From Bugula neritina (Eukaryota; Animalia; Bryozoa), in assembly GCA_964035545.1 (NCBI GenBank), contig OZ037771.1:1127628-1191627 (forward strand): a stretch of DNA of 64,000 bases, written 5' to 3'. Positions 63,669 through 64,000 of this stretch are shown one piece after another. The translations under genes were made by a program, and so were the position numbers. Every line of letters starts with the position of its first letter. Within the stretch, counting starts at the first letter, position 1. The notes under the pieces are model-generated. The model did no database searches. It was not told the origin of the DNA and saw only the letters and a program-made list of their open reading frames with translations.

Positions 63669-64000
63669 GTATAATCAACTGCTTACCTGTAGGTCATTAT
63701 ATATAGCTTTATGTCATCACTAATAAATGGTTGCCTTGTGCCCCTCCCCAGCGTTACTCACCTCTGTACTTAACTGTACTCTACTGTCGTTGGTGAATAC
63801 ATAATGTCATGACGCTGTGCTGTTACCTCTTACACTGGCCACTAATATGCAATCAATAAACAGTTATTAATAAAATGTTTTACTGTCGTGTATGCTTCAT
63901 GTGATATGTAAAAGTTCTCTATGTTGTTATGAAATAAGTTGAAATATAGGAGTCAACCCAACTCGAATATCTTATCACAAGATGCACTTTACTATTTAGT

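Overview
AT-rich, intron-containing animal genomic DNA, not prokaryotic. The compact genes, angiomotin, FAM187-like gene, PRMT9 and axonemal DRC9 suggest a non-arthropod invertebrate, possibly a lophotrochozoan (inference). Spliced genes reconstructed by hand, in order: (1) NCKAP1/Nap1, minus strand, 17 coding exons, ~1135 aa. (2) IQCG/DRC9, plus strand, 7 exons, head-to-head with NCKAP1. (3) A FAM187A-like Ig/TSP1 membrane protein, plus. (4) A three-finger C2H2 zinc-finger gene with CtBP-type motifs, minus. (5) An orphan secreted protein, minus, 30988-33562. (6) Angiomotin, minus. (7) The 5' part of PRMT9, plus, running off the window. The most interesting item is the orphan gene. It has 5 exons with intron phases 1-0-0-0, a 19-nt coding first exon, a signal peptide, four candidate amphipathic helices and six Cys. 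Its promoter has TATA, CCAAT, kB-like and C/EBP-like motifs, and its 3' UTR has an AU-rich nonamer. This is the gene-level signature of IL-6/G-CSF/growth-hormone-type long-chain helical cytokines, so it is a candidate invertebrate cytokine; the fold is inferred, not computed. Also notable: many intronic tandem repeats whose units copy the adjacent splice junction, GC-AG introns, degenerate Penelope-type minimal hammerhead repeats, two tRNA-derived SINE copies, and a 5'-truncated RTE LINE with an 11-bp target-site duplication.
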